From Stegostoma tigrinum (Eukaryota), in NCBI RefSeq assembly GCF_030684315.1, contig NC_081369.1, positions 10,082,035-10,146,034 on the forward strand: a DNA stretch of 64,000 nt, read 5' to 3'. Below, piece after piece: positions 61,815 to 64,000 of the stretch. The position numbers and the translations under genes are program-made. Position 1 is the stretch's first letter; each line of letters opens with the position of its first letter. The notes beneath the pieces are model-generated. The model was not told where the DNA came from. It saw only the letters and a list, made by a program, of their open reading frames with translations, and searched no databases.

Positions 61815-64000
61815 AAGGAAGTGGGAAATGGGCATTGCTGGCTGGCGAGCACTTATTTCCCATTCTGAGCTGCTCTTGGGGCGGTAATGAACTGCCTTCT
61901 TGAACTGCTGCAATCCACGTGAGAAGGTGATCTGCCGCATCCTTCAGGAGGGAATTCTAAGATTTTGACCCAGTGACAGTGAGGGTTTGGTGATACTTTT
62001 CCAAGTCAGATGGTTAGCGGCTCGGAGGGTCACTTGCACGTGTTCCCATGTATTTGCTGTCTTTGTCCTTCTAGATGGCAGTATTCCAGGGTCGGGACAT
62101 GTTGTCAAAGGATTTTTCATGCATTTCTGCAGTGCACTTTGTTGTTGGTATACAGACCTGCTATTGAGCATTGGGACCGTGAAGGGAGTAAGTGCTTCTG
62201 AATGTGCTGCCATACAAGTGGAAGACATTGTCATGGATGATATCAAGATTCTTCAGAGATGTTTGAGCTGCGGCCACCCAGGCAAAGTGAGGAGTGTTCC
62301 ATTACACTCCTAATTTGTGCCTTGTAGATGGTGGGCAGAATTTGGGTGTCACAAGGTGATTTATTCACTGCAGTATTCCTAGCCTCCAAACAGCTCTTGT
62401 ATTCATTGTGTTTTTGTAGTGATTCCAGGTGATTGTGGAGATTCAGTGATGGTAACACCATCGAATACCAAGGGCAGTGGTTGGATTGTCATTTATTTAA
62501 AGTGGTCATTGCGGGCCTTTGTGTGTTATGGATGTTACCTGCCTTTTGTCAGCCCACGACTGAATATTGTCCAGATCTTGTTGCATTTGAACACAGACGG
62601 GTTCAGTAGCCAAAGATTCATAAATGTTGCTGAAGCTTTTGCAAGCATTGCCGAATATCCCCACTTCTGGCCTTATGAAGGAAGGAAGATCGTTGATGAA
62701 ACAGCCAAGGATGGTTGGATTTGGACACTACCCTGGAGAACCCCTGCAAGGATGTTCTGGAGCCGAGATAACTGTCTTCCAACAACGGTGACATCTGTGC
62801 GGGTATGTCCCCAATATACATTGAGTCCAGTTTTGCACGGAACCATTGATGTCACATTCAGCCCAATGTGGCCTTGACTTCAAGGCAATCACTCACACCT
62901 CACCATGAATACAGATCTTTTTTCCATGTTTGGACCAAAGCTGGAACGAGGTCAGGAGCTGAGTGGCCCTGGCAGAATCCAACTGGATGTCAGTCGGCAA
63001 AATATTATGAGCAGTTGATACTGGTTAGCAATGTTGGTGACAACTTCCATCACTGTAATTATGATTGAGGGTTGAATGATGGGGCAGTTATTGGCTGATT
63101 GGGCTTGGTTTGCTTTTTGAGCATAAAGCATACCTGGGTAATCTTCCACAATGCCAGCTTGATGTCAGCATTATAGCTGCCTTGGAAAGCCTTGGTTAGG
63201 GGAGGAGCAAGTTGTGGAGCACGAATCTTCACTAATACACTGGAATGCTGTCTGGGCTCATAGGCGTTGCAGTATCCAGTGATTCCAACAATTATCTTGA
63301 TATCACGTGGGGTGGATCGAATTGACTGAGGACTGGTGTTTGCGATATTGCGGACCAGAGCAGGAGACTGAGATGGATTATCCACTCAGCACTTCTAGCT
63401 GAAGTTTACTCTGAATGCTTCAGTCTGATCTTTTTCAGTAGTGTGTTGGGCATTTCGAATATTAAGGATGGGGATATTTGTGAAGCCTCCTCCTCCTTCA
63501 GAAAATTGTGTAATTATCCACCACCATTTATGCCTGGATGTGACAGGACAGCAGAGCTTAGATGTGGCCCATTGGCTGTGGGAACGCTGAGCCCTGTCTA
63601 TCACTTGCTGCTCATGCAATTTGGCGAGCAAATCGGCCTGTTTGGTGGCCAGGTTGAGCCTCAGTTTTATGTATGTCTGGTGTTGCTTCACTGAACCAGT
63701 ATCAATCCCCTGGCTTGATGCTAATAAGGAATTGGGGTGAATTGCCATGCTGCTGCAGATTGTGCTGCAGTACAAGTCTGCTGCTGTTGATGCTGCACAG
63801 CACATCATGGATGCCCGGTCATAAATCTGCAGTATCTGTTTTAAACTTGTCCCATTTAGCACAGTGATATTGCTGCACAATGCAATGGAGGATATTTTCA
63901 ATATGTAGACGGGACAGTTTCTCCACAAGGCTGTGCTCCTACCGCTCCTACCAGTATTTTCATGGGCAGATGCATCTGCTGCCGGCAGACTGGTAAGGAT
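61815..64000 (-). mobile_element. Second-family LINE ORF2, decayed
   Basis: AGVLQGSVQIQP, IYKAQIRSVMEHS and KIRAPQLAPPL. The 3' tail (gggcattgctggc, read on the plus strand) is at ~61830. Confidence 0.82.

Larger units (their letters stand above)
42890..64000 (+). repeat. Segmental duplication, copy B (longer; runs off the window)
   Basis: See copy A. Shared non-TE sequence includes acaacttatctac..aaatag.tcacgacttctcgctcgtttttatt (~25155 / ~56623) and ctcacacctcaccatgaatacagat (~25384 / ~62892). Confidence 0.9.

Overview
Eukaryotic, intron-containing, repeat-rich vertebrate DNA. The repeats (Penelope-like elements, CR1-group LINEs, HE1-like and Deu-type SINEs) point to a cartilaginous fish (shark); this is inference. 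I assembled two genes by hand from splice signals. (1) OGFOD1 coding exons 1-6 lie on the minus strand (12487 down to 764; the gene continues left of the window), behind a CpG-rich promoter with ZNF143-, YY1- and CTCF-like motifs. (2) A plus-strand immunoglobulin-superfamily receptor gene at about 29.6-40.9 kb is largely missed by the ORF track. It encodes a signal peptide, a germline-joined VJ-type V domain, a C1-set domain, an uncharged TM helix and a tyrosine-motif (ITIM-like) tail, i.e. a non-rearranging receptor with antigen-receptor-like architecture. The DNA upstream of this gene (about 14.85-26.6 kb) is duplicated at about 42.9-64 kb, which predicts a paralog just beyond the right edge and so a tandem receptor cluster. 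The left breakpoint of the duplication carries a 181-bp inverted repeat. The window also holds several short fold-back Penelope-end elements, some with target-site duplications, and minimal hammerhead-ribozyme motifs. Most other ORFs in the track are transposon fragments or spurious.
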